Origin: Macrostomum lignano
Taxonomy: Eukaryota
Direction of reading: 5' to 3'
Length of the DNA: 64,000 nt
Assembly: GCA_002269645.1 (NCBI GenBank)
Contig: NIVC01001541.1
Location: 186,001-250,000, forward strand
The notes under the pieces were generated by a model. That model saw nothing but the letters and a program-made list of their open reading frames with translations. It did not search any database and was not told the origin of the DNA. Shown one piece after another: positions 22,095 through 40,509 of the stretch. Positions within the stretch are counted from its first letter, which is position 1; every line of letters starts with the position of its first letter. Position numbers and translations under genes: made by a program.

Positions 22095-23230
22095 CTGGAT
22101 CACAGTCTGACACACAGTCTGACTCACTGACTCACAGTCTGACTAACAGTCTGGCTCACAGTCTGACTCACAGTCTGACTCACTGACTCACAGTCTGACT
22201 AACAGTCTGGATCACAGTCTGACACACAGTCTGACTCACTGACTCACAGTCTGACTAACAGTCTGGCTCACAGTCTGACTCACAGTCTGACTCACAGTCT
22301 GACTCACTGACTCACAGTCTGACTCACTGACTCACAGTCTGACTAACAGTCTGACTCACAGTCTGACTAACAGTCTGGCTCACAGTCTGACACACAGTCT
22401 GACTCACTGACTCACAGTCTGACTAACAGTCTGGCTCACAGTCTGACTCACAGTCTGACTCACAGTCTGACTCACAGTCTGACTCACAGTCCGACTCACA
22501 GTCTGGCTCACAGTCTGACTCACAGTCTAACTCACTGACTCACAGTATGGCTTACAGTCTGGCTCACAGTCTGACTCACAGTCCGACTCACAGTCTGACT
22601 CACAGTCTGACTCACTGACTCACAGTCTGACTCACAGTCTGACTTACAGTCTGACTCACAGTATGACTCACAGTCTGGCTCACAGTCTGACTCAGTCTGA
22701 CTACCAGTCTGACTCACAGTCTGACTCAGTCTGACTACCAGTCTGACTCACAGTCTGACTCACAGTCTGGCTAACAGTCTGACTCACAGTCTGACTCACA
22801 GTCTGACTCACAGTCTGACTCACAGTCTGACTCACAGTCTGACTCACAGTCTGACTCACAGTATGACTCACAGTCTGGCTAACAGTCTGACTCACAGTCT
22901 GACTCACAGTCTGACTCACAGTCTGACTCACTGACTCACAGTCTGACTCACAGTCTGACTCACAGTATGACTCACAGTCTGACTCACAGTCTGACTCACA
23001 GTCTGACTCACAGTCTGACTCACAGTATGACTCACAGTCTGGCTAACAGTCTGACTCACAGTCTGACTCACAGTCTGACTCACAGTCTGACTCACTGACT
23101 CACAGTCTGACTCACAGTCTGACTCACAGTATGACTCACAGTCTGGCTCACAGTCTGACTCACAGTCTGACTAACAGTCTGACTCACAGTCTGGCTCACT
23201 GACTCACAGTATGGCTTACAGTCTAGTCTG
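22095..23230. repeat. 12-bp minisatellite (CACAGTCTGACT), intergenic
   Basis: Direct. The unit junction spells TGACTCA. Confidence 0.95.
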
Positions 23231-24385
23231 ACAACCCTTTACGCCAACCAACTAAATCGGCGTATATACTTTAGTAGTCCTTGCGTGCGATTCTGACTCA
23301 TGAGGGTCAGCCCCCAAGGCACAGAGAATGTACATGCCCGATGATTAGAAAGTCAGGGGCCGCCGTACACCCTGTCTGAGCAGTTTGTTACATTCCGCAT
23401 GTCGAGTATCTGATGCCGCAACACCCGTAGAAAGCCAGCCGTGCATCCCAGCAGCACACAGGCCTCAAATGCTCTACTAGCACCCCCGGCTGAGAGCTGA
23501 TATCGCACAGGATCAGCGTCTTCTTGGAAGAAGTATCCAGATCGATGAAGCAGTCTGGCAGACTCGAGAGCAAGCTGTGTTGTGTTTGTCCACACATGCT
23601 TGTATGCGTCCACGAAATTGCTGACAATGAGTGGCGCTTGCATGGGAGGCTAAGCTGGGGGCAGGCACACAGGGGTGAGAGAGAGAGAGTGAACGAGAGC
23701 CTCCACACCGCGGCCAATCAGCGTGCTAGGGGGAGAGAAAATCAAAGAAAAATGAAGGCAAAGTTAGCAGGGGTGACGCAAAAGGTCACACAGACGGAGA
23801 AGGCTGCATAAGCGCACACTGGCACATGCTATGGACTACTGGACTATATTTCAGCGTTCCAGTGCACCTGCGTATCTTTGACACACTCTGGCGAAAACGC
23901 GCAGCAAAAAATTACAAACGTTGGCACCCGTCAATGTTTGGCTTGACTGTCATTTGCCTGCGTGGCTCGTGCCAAAGTCAACAGCGCTAATCATCACAAA
24001 GTATTCCATTGTTCGATCCTTGAAGCACTTTCACACCGATGACGCAGCAGGCGTCTTCTTTCACGATAAATTAACGTCTCCATTTCAAACCCAATAAGGG
24101 AGCCAACAGAGCTGGTCTGCATCCAGCTCACGGTCGGACAAATCGCCATCAAACCAGAGCAGTTTTTTTGCGACACCTTTTATTTAAACTTTTGTCATTT
24201 TGTACATCTGGCTCTCTGGTTTCCGCCTCTGCTGGTACGGGCTTCAAAGGGCTGGAATACAGACAGTACAAGGGCATGTAAGAGAGGGACAGTCACAACA
24301 GCAGGCCTTGAAAATCTGAAATAGAAACTGTTTGTTCGCGAGAGTCAGGTTTCAGTCATCAGTGCTCGCTGGCTTTTAGTTGCCT

Positions 24386-25658
24386 TCAGTTCAGCCACGG
24401 ACGAAGAAGTCGCCGCTGCTGGCGCTTCTGAGGGCGGCCGGGACTGCAGCATGCGAACTCCAGCAGGTGGCACAGGCGCTGCTGCTGGCTGAAGATCACC
24501 GACTGACAGTCGGTGCCGCACTGGTCGACGCACTCGGCGAGTCCTCGAGCGCTGACGATCGAGAAAGCAACGAGAATCGGGCTGCTCATGGCCACCAGGT
24601 CGCGGTCACCGAGGACGATGAAAGGCTCGTCTGCAGTGATTATTGTTAGGCGTTATGCCTTAATCTGATGCTGGGTTATGAGGTACAGAGTAGCCCAGCG
24701 GTAACCCTTAGGTACAGAGTAGCCCAGCGGTAACCCTTAGGTACAGAGTAGCCCAGCGGTAACCCTTAGGTACAAAGTAGCCCAGCGGTAACCCTTAGGT
24801 ACAGAGTAGCCCAGCGGTAACCCTTAGGTACAAAGTAGCCCAGCGGTAACCCTTAGGTACAGAGTAGCCCAGCGGTAACCCTTAGGTACAGAGTAGCCCA
24901 GCGGTAACCCTTAGGTACAGAGTAGCCCAGCGGTAACCCTTAGGTACAAAGTAGCCCAGCGGTAACCCTTAGGTACAAAGTAGCCCAGCGGTAACCCTTA
25001 GGTACAAAGTAGCCCAGCGGTAACTAACCCACGTGTCTTAAGTGTCGTGTCAAAGTACCCGTGGTTCGTCATCATATTTGTGTACGAAAACTGGCCTTAG
25101 GGTCAATTCCTCAAGGCGCAGGGTGATTGCATGTCCGATGATGAGAAACTCAGGGCAGCATACTCGGGCATGATTTTGCCTCTGCTGGCTCCCAGTCTGC
25201 AGCATTGTTTTACCACTCAGTGAAGTGTTGATAATAAACTCACTGTAGGCGCAGGCCAGGCGGTACACTTCATTCCGGTATGGACCGCCGCAGTTTTGAG
25301 CCGCATTGCCAGCGCAGTTATGCCAGCAGTTGCCGCTGAGGCCGCGCCGTGCGACCCGTAGGAGTTGTCGCAGCCTGCAGCGCCATGTAGCGGAAGTCGC
25401 CCGGCTCAAAGATGCTGCCGCACAGCTCGTGAGTCATCTGGGTGGAGTAGACCAAGCCGTAGGCACTGGAAATATTTGTCTGCTCCATGCCGTGGCCACC
25501 GACTCGCGTGAGGCCGAGGTATTTAGGCCTCTGACGTCTCTCTCTGTCGCTGCGTCAACGAAGCAGCCGAGGTCCGAGGCCCGGAACTGGCGGTAGAGAG
25601 CGGAGCAGATGAAGCAGCTCAGGATCAGAGCGCAGAGGGTCCTGTAGAGGGCTGGCAT
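24386..25658 (-). pseudogene. Secreted WSC-domain + PAN/apple-like protein, two exons, multiply frameshifted
   Basis: Exon 1 is 25658-25244: signal MPALYRTLCALILSCFICSA, then LGCFVD..ERDVRG / QMTHELCGSIFEPGDFRYMALQ / GCDNSYGSHGAAS / NCWHNCAGNAAQNCGGPYRNEVY in successive frames. A phase-1 intron spans 25243-24631 (A|GTGAGT...CTGCAG|AC). Exon 2 from 24630 encodes SARGLAECVDQCGTDCQSVIFSQQQRLCHLL. Confidence 0.78.
24681..25023. repeat. 29-bp minisatellite (AGGTACAGAGTAGCCCAGCGGTAACCCTT) inside the WSC-PAN intron
   Basis: About 12 head-to-tail units with no spacers. Confidence 0.95.
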
Positions 25659-26574
25659 GGCTAAGAGGTTCTCTGGATGCGATCAATTTTAGTGATAGAA
25701 AATTAGCTGACTTTAGACTCCTGAGTCACACAAAGAACTGCCTTTAACCACTTCAGCTGTTGCCGCTATTGGCAAATTGATAAGGTGAACCGTTTACCGG
25801 TTCGATGAGCTCCCATTAAAATCTACGACTTTCAATTGCTGGTTTTAAGTGAATTTTCGCACCTTTTATCAGCATATTTTTAGCAGCGCTTCCAGGTCAC
25901 TGCCTGATCCGCTTTAGTGGGCGGGCGATGCCATCAGGCCTGAGTGCCGCAGAAAAAACCCTGGCATTGAAAATCGGGATCGGTGCTGACTGTGCGAGAG
26001 GAAGCCACTATTACCGATTCACCACCGGCACTGCAAAGTTAAGCATAATTTGCCACGGTTAGTACATCGTGAGCGAGCTACGGTAGAAATACAGCGTGGG
26101 AGAGTCAGATCTGTACAGAGCTGTCCACCGCCATCGGATGCGTGGACTTTGAAGGCCGAAGGGTCCTTCTAAGCCCCAAAGCGAGAAAAATAACAAAATA
26201 TGCAATTGCATTCAGTGAAGCTAATTGGATGCGAGGTGAGAGAAGCAGCCAAAGTGTAATGGCAAGCACAACCCACAGTGCAGCAGGCTTTGTGTTCGCG
26301 CAAAATATCTCAAACTTTCTTTTCGTCTCCAGTGCGCGAGCTCGGTTGCTAACCAGCTGAGCAGGGGGTGCAGAGGCCGGCGCAGATAGAAAGCGAAGGC
26401 CAGCAGATATGTTTTGTCACAGCCTCTCGGCCTGTATTTATTCATCTTGTTACCGCTTTTTCGGCTGCTTATCTGGCTGTCTGGCTGCACAGGCTACTCG
26501 GGTTGGAAGAGCAGAAAGCCGCTCGGTACAGGTGATTTAGCAGCAAGTGATTTTATTTGCTCGGCAAGTCCGGT

Positions 26575-33563
<6,989 letters not shown>

Positions 33564-34154
33564 GGAGGAGGACATTGCTGAGATGCAACTGTCTCCAGTA
33601 CCTCTGACGATGGACTCGAGACGAAATTAAATCGTGGACTAAATCAATTTTTACTTAGCCGTGTCGCTCGATCAAAATCTGCAACTCCTGAAGGGTTACC
33701 TGAATGCGAGCGCTTCATCCTGATAGACTGCAGCTGCCTGGAAACTCGGAAATCGAAAATGACTTGTTCAATCAACCGTGACCTTTTCTGTAACCACAAA
33801 TAACATCAACTCAGTTGCGTGACCAGCCTGATCTGCCAGCCTTATTTTATTGGTTTGCTATTCAGATATTCAGCTGCTATTCTCAACATGCGCTGGTAAT
33901 AAAATACAAAACCGCACCAACCCTCCGATAGATGGAAATCTGCCACTCGATCATTAGTTTAAGGGTTGTTTAATCGAAACCTTTCTTAGTTTCAAGCGGA
34001 ATGCTTGTATATTTTACGAACTTTCTTAGACTTTTGTGGCACAAATTGCTCCGCAAAAGGTAATAAAGAAACTACGAGAATTCAAATTTCGTCACTAGAG
34101 AAGTGACTTTTTCAACTGCTCAGCGCTTAGGTTCCAGACGATCTCATGCCGACC

Positions 34155-34931
34155 TCAGATGAACGGGTTGAGGCACTCGCACAGAGCTCGGATCAGGCGG
34201 GAGGGCAGCGACTCCTCCTCGTCGTCCAATCCGTAGTCGTGATCGAACCAAATGTCGACCCGATTGTGTTCGGCGCCCTCGTTCGGCTGGCCGCTGCCCC
34301 ACGCCTCGGGCTTGATGGCGATGTTGCAGTCGCGCCAGTACCAGGTGCCGGAGCTGAGCGGGGAAGGCCGGTAACCGCCCAGGTAGAAGCTGCGCTTTGA
34401 GGAGCTTAAGTCCTTATTGAGAATCGGCATCAGAGTTCGGATGTGCTCCACCTCCGGCCTGTCGATTCCGTCGGCGAACTTGGCGAGTCCGGGCTCCGAG
34501 TTGCACTTGTTGAGGCCGTCCGTCCAGCTCGACACGCCCACCATCTTGTAGACGGAGCTGCGATAGCCGTTGGCGAAGTCGGCAGGGCACAGCCGGCCGT
34601 TCGGCAGGCCCTCCAGGCTCCTCACGAAGGCCCAACCGGAGCGGTCGCAGCCGGCCTCGTTCGGCATGTGGCTGCACCTGTCGAACTCCATCGTCTGGCA
34701 GACGGAGCCGTCGTCGCCAGTCAGTCGGAAGCCGCGGCATCGGACGCCGCGGTTGATGCAGATTACGCTGCACTTCACATTGCTGGGTCTTGCCAGCGGG
34801 GTGTTGTGGAGAAACTCGGGCCTGAGGCACAGCCGAATAAAGTGCTTTGTGAACTGCTGGGTGCTGAGCTCAGCTGCGGCAGAGCAGCTGGATCCCAGCA
34901 GGTACAGCAGAAGTAGCTTCCAGTGATTCAT
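34155..34931 (-). CDS. Secreted PAN/apple-like + C-type lectin domain protein, copy 1 (258 aa, intronless)
   Basis: Signal-like MNHWKLLLLYLLGSSCSA. PAN-like KCSVICINRGVRCRGFRL..CQTMEF. CTL motifs LCPADF..YK..SWTDGLNKC, FYLGG, WYWRDC, WGSGQPN, LDD and LCEC. Confidence 0.85.
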   Translation of the reverse strand: MNHWKLLLLYLLGSSCSAAAELSTQQFTKHFIRLCLRPEFLHNTPLARPSNVKCSVICINRGVRCRGFRLTGDDGSVCQTMEFDRCSHMPNEAGCDRSGWAFVRSLEGLPNGRLCPADFANGYRSSVYKMVGVSSWTDGLNKCNSEPGLAKFADGIDRPEVEHIRTLMPILNKDLSSSKRSFYLGGYRPSPLSSGTWYWRDCNIAIKPEAWGSGQPNEGAEHNRVDIWFDHDYGLDDEEESLPSRLIRALCECLNPFI

Positions 34932-34966
34932 GTCTTTAGATCCTGGTGGGGCCCTGGGCGGAACTC

Positions 34967-34990
34967 TTTATACTACACAAGAAAGCCAAT
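34967..34990 (-). promoter_or_regulatory. TATAAA (34967-34972) and CCAAT (34986-34990) upstream of lectin copy 1
   Basis: The same pair occurs at a similar position upstream of copy 3 (48361-48366, 48391-48395) and, with TATA mutated, copy 2. Confidence 0.55.
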
Positions 34991-36695
34991 GCGCTCTGCC
35001 CTGGGCTATTTTCACAGCAAATGAAGCCAGCGCCTGACTGCATGCATCCCTGTTGCTTGAACAATCAGGGACACTGGCGGGGGATTTGCTATTTGCTTCT
35101 GCGCTGGTGGTTTGAAATTGAAACAAGAAAATTGCAGAAAAGTTTCAGCAATGCTATAATGTCTTCTGTGTGGAACAGAAACTCCAGCTCGCTGGCTTTG
35201 TTTGCTCTGAAATCAGGCAGGTAAAAGTGGCTTGGGAAATTTTCACCGCATACTCAACAAGCTGTCAGGTCAGCCTTGCATCAATCAATCTAAAGTCGCC
35301 TGATTTCTCAGAAAGTCTAAGCCTGTTCTCTGACACTTGTACTTTTATTCTTGGACTGTTTACGTCAACAGAGCGCGCTTCTTGCAGGAATTACAATATA
35401 ATGTCTCTCCGCACTTTTTGAGTCGTATTAGTTGCTATGAGGGGGGATTGTGCTGAGACTCAGACTTTGTCTCAGAAACTACTCCAGCAGCATTGAAAAG
35501 TCGCCACTCTGTGCGCCAGTGAGCTCCCCCCACTTCATTCCTCAACTCAACTCAAGTCTGCTGCGGCATAGCTAAGTTGCGTCACTCGCTAAGATTGAGA
35601 AACTTTACCTGCACTCTTAAAAGTGTCGAACCCCAGACGGAATCTTCTGTGATGGCGATATTGCGAGATAATCTTTTACTAGTTAACTTAACTTTTTAAA
35701 GATGAAGTCAAAACTGCTGATCGTTTGAATATTCTTCCCTTCTTAGGCTGTCTTTGCGCCGTAAAAAATCAACTTGAAAAATGTTTTGGAGAGAGAGCGT
35801 TCGGCATTTGCTTCAGGGTTTTTCCGCACTGAAAAGCTGGTCTGTGTGCTCGTGTCGTCTATAAATTTTACTGCTCATATTTAGATACGAGCAGTGGCTT
35901 TAAGCACCCTGGAGCACTCTAATAAGTGAAAGTTGTCGCACAACCGGCGAGAGGCAACTCACTGCCCATTCCTGAGCAGGTGTACAAGAGCAGAATCTGA
36001 GGTAGATGCAGAATGCAATTTGGTGTCCTTTACAGTCGTGCGAACAACCAAAAAATGATAAATTGGTTTTAATTTCTTTCGTTTCTGCTTCTATAAAAAT
36101 ATTTTCTTGGCCTGCTGTAAGTAGTACAATTACGAGCTATATTCTTAAAACTTCTGTGACTTCACCTCCAGCAGGTGACTGGAGACCAGCAGTTGATCAA
36201 AAATTTTTTTCAAGTCAATTGAAAACTTGATCTAAACTAAAGCCACGTTTAACCCACATCAAGGAGGCAATTCGTTAACACAGTGATCGTCAGCCCCCGT
36301 TGTTAAATATAGTTAGCCTATTACAACTCTCTTAACATGCGCCCTTGCGGAGTCCACAGTCCACCTCTTAGAAGCCGCCAGTGTCACTGCTGAGTTTCAG
36401 GACATGGTTGGTGAGCGAATTGCTAAAGAAGGAATTTTAATTATGACTTTCCTACCGGCGGCTAAATCTTGTGTCACTTCTTTAACATACAGTTTCAAGC
36501 TCAGGAGCTCACCAGAAATGCTCGAAGTAATGGCTGATAGGGATGAATAGGAGAAGATGTCAGAAAACTCCATTTCGGTCATAATTGATTTTCTATTCTG
36601 AAAACTATTTGGAAAGAGACGGTTCATTGATTTTTATCTAAGAACTCCGTGTGCCAACGAAGAGGATGTACAGGAAAGTGGAGACCAACATTGTT

Positions 36696-36906
36696 GGGGG
36701 AGGCATCACAAACCCGAAAAATCACACCTTCGAAAAGCATTTACATCATAAACCTGAAATATCACAAAGCCGAAATATCATAACTCTGAAAACCAAAATA
36801 GCATTAAACATTGCTAGCATTTTCGGAGTTATGATTCTTCTGGTTTGTGATATTTCGAGTTTGTGATGTTTCGGATTTGTGATTTTTCGGGTTTGTGATG
36901 CCCCCC
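36696..36906. mobile_element. MITE with 25-bp perfect inverted repeats (GGCATCACAAACCCGAAAAATCACA, 36702-36726 / 36878-36902)
   Basis: Direct inverted match with subterminal TCACAAAxCCGAAA repeats. No TSD recognised. Confidence 0.75.
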
Positions 36907-37245
36907 TGAAAATACAAGGCCAAGACAAAGATATGTGACGGTTGCGTCCTCACGCTTGAAGGCACGAACATTGCCAGGCACCAACGTGTGTGCCCGGGAT
37001 GCTGACGTTTTGGGGTCCCCCTGCTTCCGGGTGATAACGGGAAAGAAGAAGACCTCCATCTGCCAATGAAAGGGCAGCATCCCACAGCTCCTGAAATGAC
37101 GCGAAGCCAATTAGGAAGTGCAATAATTTGAAAGGCAAAGGCTGGCTTGTAGCACAAAATAGCTTGCTCTGCTAAACTGAGATTGCAGAGAGATACCGGA
37201 ATAGAGGTGCCCTTCCTAAGCGGAGTGGGAAGGCACATTTATAGA

Positions 37246-37639
37246 GTTGGGTTTCACAAACACGAAATTTCACAACCGCTAAAAGCACTTGCTTTCATAA
37301 GCACGAAACTTCACAAACGCGAAACTTCACAACCGCTAAATTTTTTGCAGTCACTTTCACAAACGCGAAACTTCATAACTGCGAAACTTCACAACCGCTA
37401 AAATTTTTGCACTTATTTTCATATACGACAGTCTTTTGAGCGGTTGTGAAGTTTCGCGTTTGTGAAGTTTAGCGCTTATGAAAGTAGGTGATTTAGCGGT
37501 TGTGAAATGTGAAGTTTTGCGGTTGTGAAGTTTCGCGTTTATGAAAGTGACTGCAATTTTTTAGCGGTTGTGAAGTTTCGCGGTTATGAAAGTAGGTGAT
37601 TTAGCGGTTGTGAAATTTCGAACGTTTGTGAAAGCAACC
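37246..37639. mobile_element. Foldback MITE built of TTCACAA(A/C)CG subrepeats
   Basis: The left end GTTGGGTTTCACAAAC..GAAATTTCACAACCGCTAAA matches the reverse complement of the right end. A related degenerate element lies at 59216-59568. Confidence 0.75.
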
Positions 37640-37751
37640 TGGTCCCGGGTCCCCACCTCATGGGGTGGGTACGCCCCGAGCTTCGTAGAGGGAAGGCAGT
37701 GGAACGAACATAGACAGTGGAGAGATACAGACAATGGGGTGAGTCACACGC

Positions 37752-37794
<43 letters not shown>

Positions 37795-38015
37795 GAGATA
37801 TAGATAAGAAACCAGACAGACACGCAGGGATTCAAACAAGGGGAGAGGGTACATACAGAAAGCAGGAAAAGTTCATAATGTCCGTGGCACAAATGCCACA
37901 GGAAGTGCACAAAAGGAGTCGTGAATCACAGTCAGCCCCGGCTAAGTTGGCCATCTGACATAATAGTGCATCAATCACCTACTTAGGTTGGGGTGAGTTC
38001 AAGTGCAGATGCACA

Positions 38016-39238
38016 CATTAATCCGCAACCCCACCAGCCACACTAACCAACAACCCCACCAACCACACTAACCAACAACCCCACCAACCACACTAACCAA
38101 CAACCCCACCAGCCACATTAACCAACAACCCCACCAGCCACATTAACCAACAACCCCACCAGCCACATCAACCAACAACCCCACCAGCCACATCAACCAA
38201 CAACCCCACCAACCACACTAACCAACAACCCCACCAGCCACATTAACCAACAACCCCACCAGCCACATCAACCAACAACCCCACCAGCCACACTAACCAA
38301 CAACCCCACCAGCCACATCAACCAACAACCCCACCAGCCACACTAACCAACAACCCCACCAGCCACATCAACCAACAACCCCACCAGCCACATCAACCAA
38401 CAACCCCACCAGCCACATCAACCCGCAACCCCACCAGCCACATTAACCCGCAACCCCACCAGCCACATCAACCAACAACCCCACCAGCCACATCAACCCG
38501 CAACCCCACCAGCCACATCAACCCGCAACCCCACCAGCCACATCAACCAACAACCCCACCAGCCACATCAACCCGCAACCCCACCAGCCACATCAACCAA
38601 CAACCCCACCAGCCACATCAACCCGCAACCCCACCAGCCACATCAACCAACAACCCCACCAGCCACATTAACCAACAACCCCACCAGCCACATCAACCAA
38701 CAACCCCACCAGCCACATCAACCAACAACCCCACCAGCCACATCAACCAACAACCCCACCAGCCACATTAACCAACAACCCCACCAGCCACATCAACCCG
38801 CAACCCCACCAGCCACATTAACCAACAACCCCACCAGCCACATCAACCCGCAACCCCACCAGCCACATTAACCAACAACCCCACCAGCCACATCAACCCG
38901 CAACCCCACCAGCCACATCAACCAACAACCCCACCAGCCACATCAACCAACAACCCCACCAGCCACATCAACCAACAACCCCACCAGCCACATCAACCAA
39001 CAACCCCACCAGCCACATTAACCAACAACCCCACCAGCCACATCAACCCGCAACCCCACCAGCCACATTAACCAACAACCCCACCAGCCACATCAACCCG
39101 CAACCCCACCAGCCACATTAACCAACAACCCCACCAGCCACATTAACCAACAACCCCACCAGCCACATCAACCCGCAACCCCACCAGCCACATTAACCAA
39201 CAACCCCACCAGCCACATCAACCCGCAACCCCACCAGC
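38016..39238. repeat. 25-bp minisatellite (CCACCAGCCACATCAACCAACAACC)
   Basis: About 48 units with a few variant types. Confidence 0.96.
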
Positions 39239-39612
39239 AGAGACAGAAAAGTAACGCGAAAGCAACGCGAAACGCTCCGAATCGATTCCGGATCCGAAAT
39301 CGCGTATATGAAAGGCTCAGTGCTGCTGCGCTGATCTGCTGCAATTTTATCTTTATTCAGACAAGCGGTCGCCGGAGAAATCTCTGCTCCCGATTCGTTT
39401 CCAAGCGTCATTCGCCTCTTTGCTTTGCTTGAAGCGTTTTCGATTACAGGTTGGCAACCCAAGCCCAGTCTGCAAAATCAGCTCTTCACATGAATAAACA
39501 AGAAATAATTTCGAGCATATACGCCTGTAATACTAGTGCTTTGTTTTTATTGTTTATTTATTTTTTGCTGCTGCTACAGCTCACTGAACGTACAGGTTCT
39601 TTTGTACAGGTA

Positions 39613-40072
39613 CTAAAGCCTCACAGCTAAAGCCTCACAGCTAAAGCCTCACAGCTAAAGCCTCACAGCTAAAGCCTCACAGCTAAAGCCTCACAGCTAA
39701 AGCCTCACAGCTAAAGCCTCACAGCTAAAGCCTCACAGCTAAAGCCTCACAGCTAAAGCCTCACAGCTAAAGCCTCACAGCTAAAGCCTCACAGCTAAAG
39801 CCTCACAGCTAAAGCCTCACAGCTAAAGCCTCACAGCTAAAGCCTCACAGCTAAAGCCTCACAGCTAAAGCCTCACAGCTAAAGCCTCACAGCTAAAGCC
39901 TCACAGCTAAAGCCTCACAGCTAAAGCCTCACAGCTAAAGCCTCACAGCTAAAGCCTCACAGCTAAAGCCTCACAGCTAAAGCCTCACAGCTAAAGCCTC
40001 ACAGCTAAAGCCTCACAGCTAAAGCCTCACAGCTAAAGCCTCACAGCTAAAGCCTCACAGCTAAAGCCTCAC
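39613..40072. repeat. Perfect 14-bp array (CTAAAGCCTCACAG) x ~33
   Basis: No variant units seen. Confidence 0.97.
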
Positions 40073-40509
40073 TTGCTTTTTAACCACTTTGAGGCTTTTT
40101 AAACACTCATGGAGGCATCTGCACTTGGGGCCGAGTCCAGCAAGGATTTCACTTGCTGGCGATTATATCCCTAAGGATAAACTTAAGTATTCGCAGGAGG
40201 GCACCTTGGCGCAGCAACCAGCGCTGAAGCAATTTTGCCCCCATTATGCATACATGCAAGCGTACATACATACAGGGTGTACAGCGGCCCTAGCTTTCTA
40301 ACCATCAGGCATGTACACTCTCTGTGACTTGGGGGTTGGCCCTCATGGGACTTGAATTGCACAGCAATCCCAAGCCTGAATGAAAGGGATCGCGGCACGA
40401 GAGTCTGCACATCCATCGCCGAGCTGCTCTGTCTGCACTGCACTGCAACCGCTACTGAAATCTGCTTTTACGCTGACATTCATACCGTTTGATGCATATA
40501 AAATTATTT

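Noticed and set aside
24681-25023. 29-bp direct repeats resembling a CRISPR array
   Set aside because: The units are head-to-tail with no spacers, there are no cas genes, and the array sits in a spliceosomal intron of a eukaryote.
34146-34926. Antisense/overlapping ORFs on the lectin genes (e.g. 34443..34916, 41285..42049, 47624..48367, 54012..54680)
   Set aside because: These are expected shadow frames of GC3-rich coding sequence with no independent protein signal.
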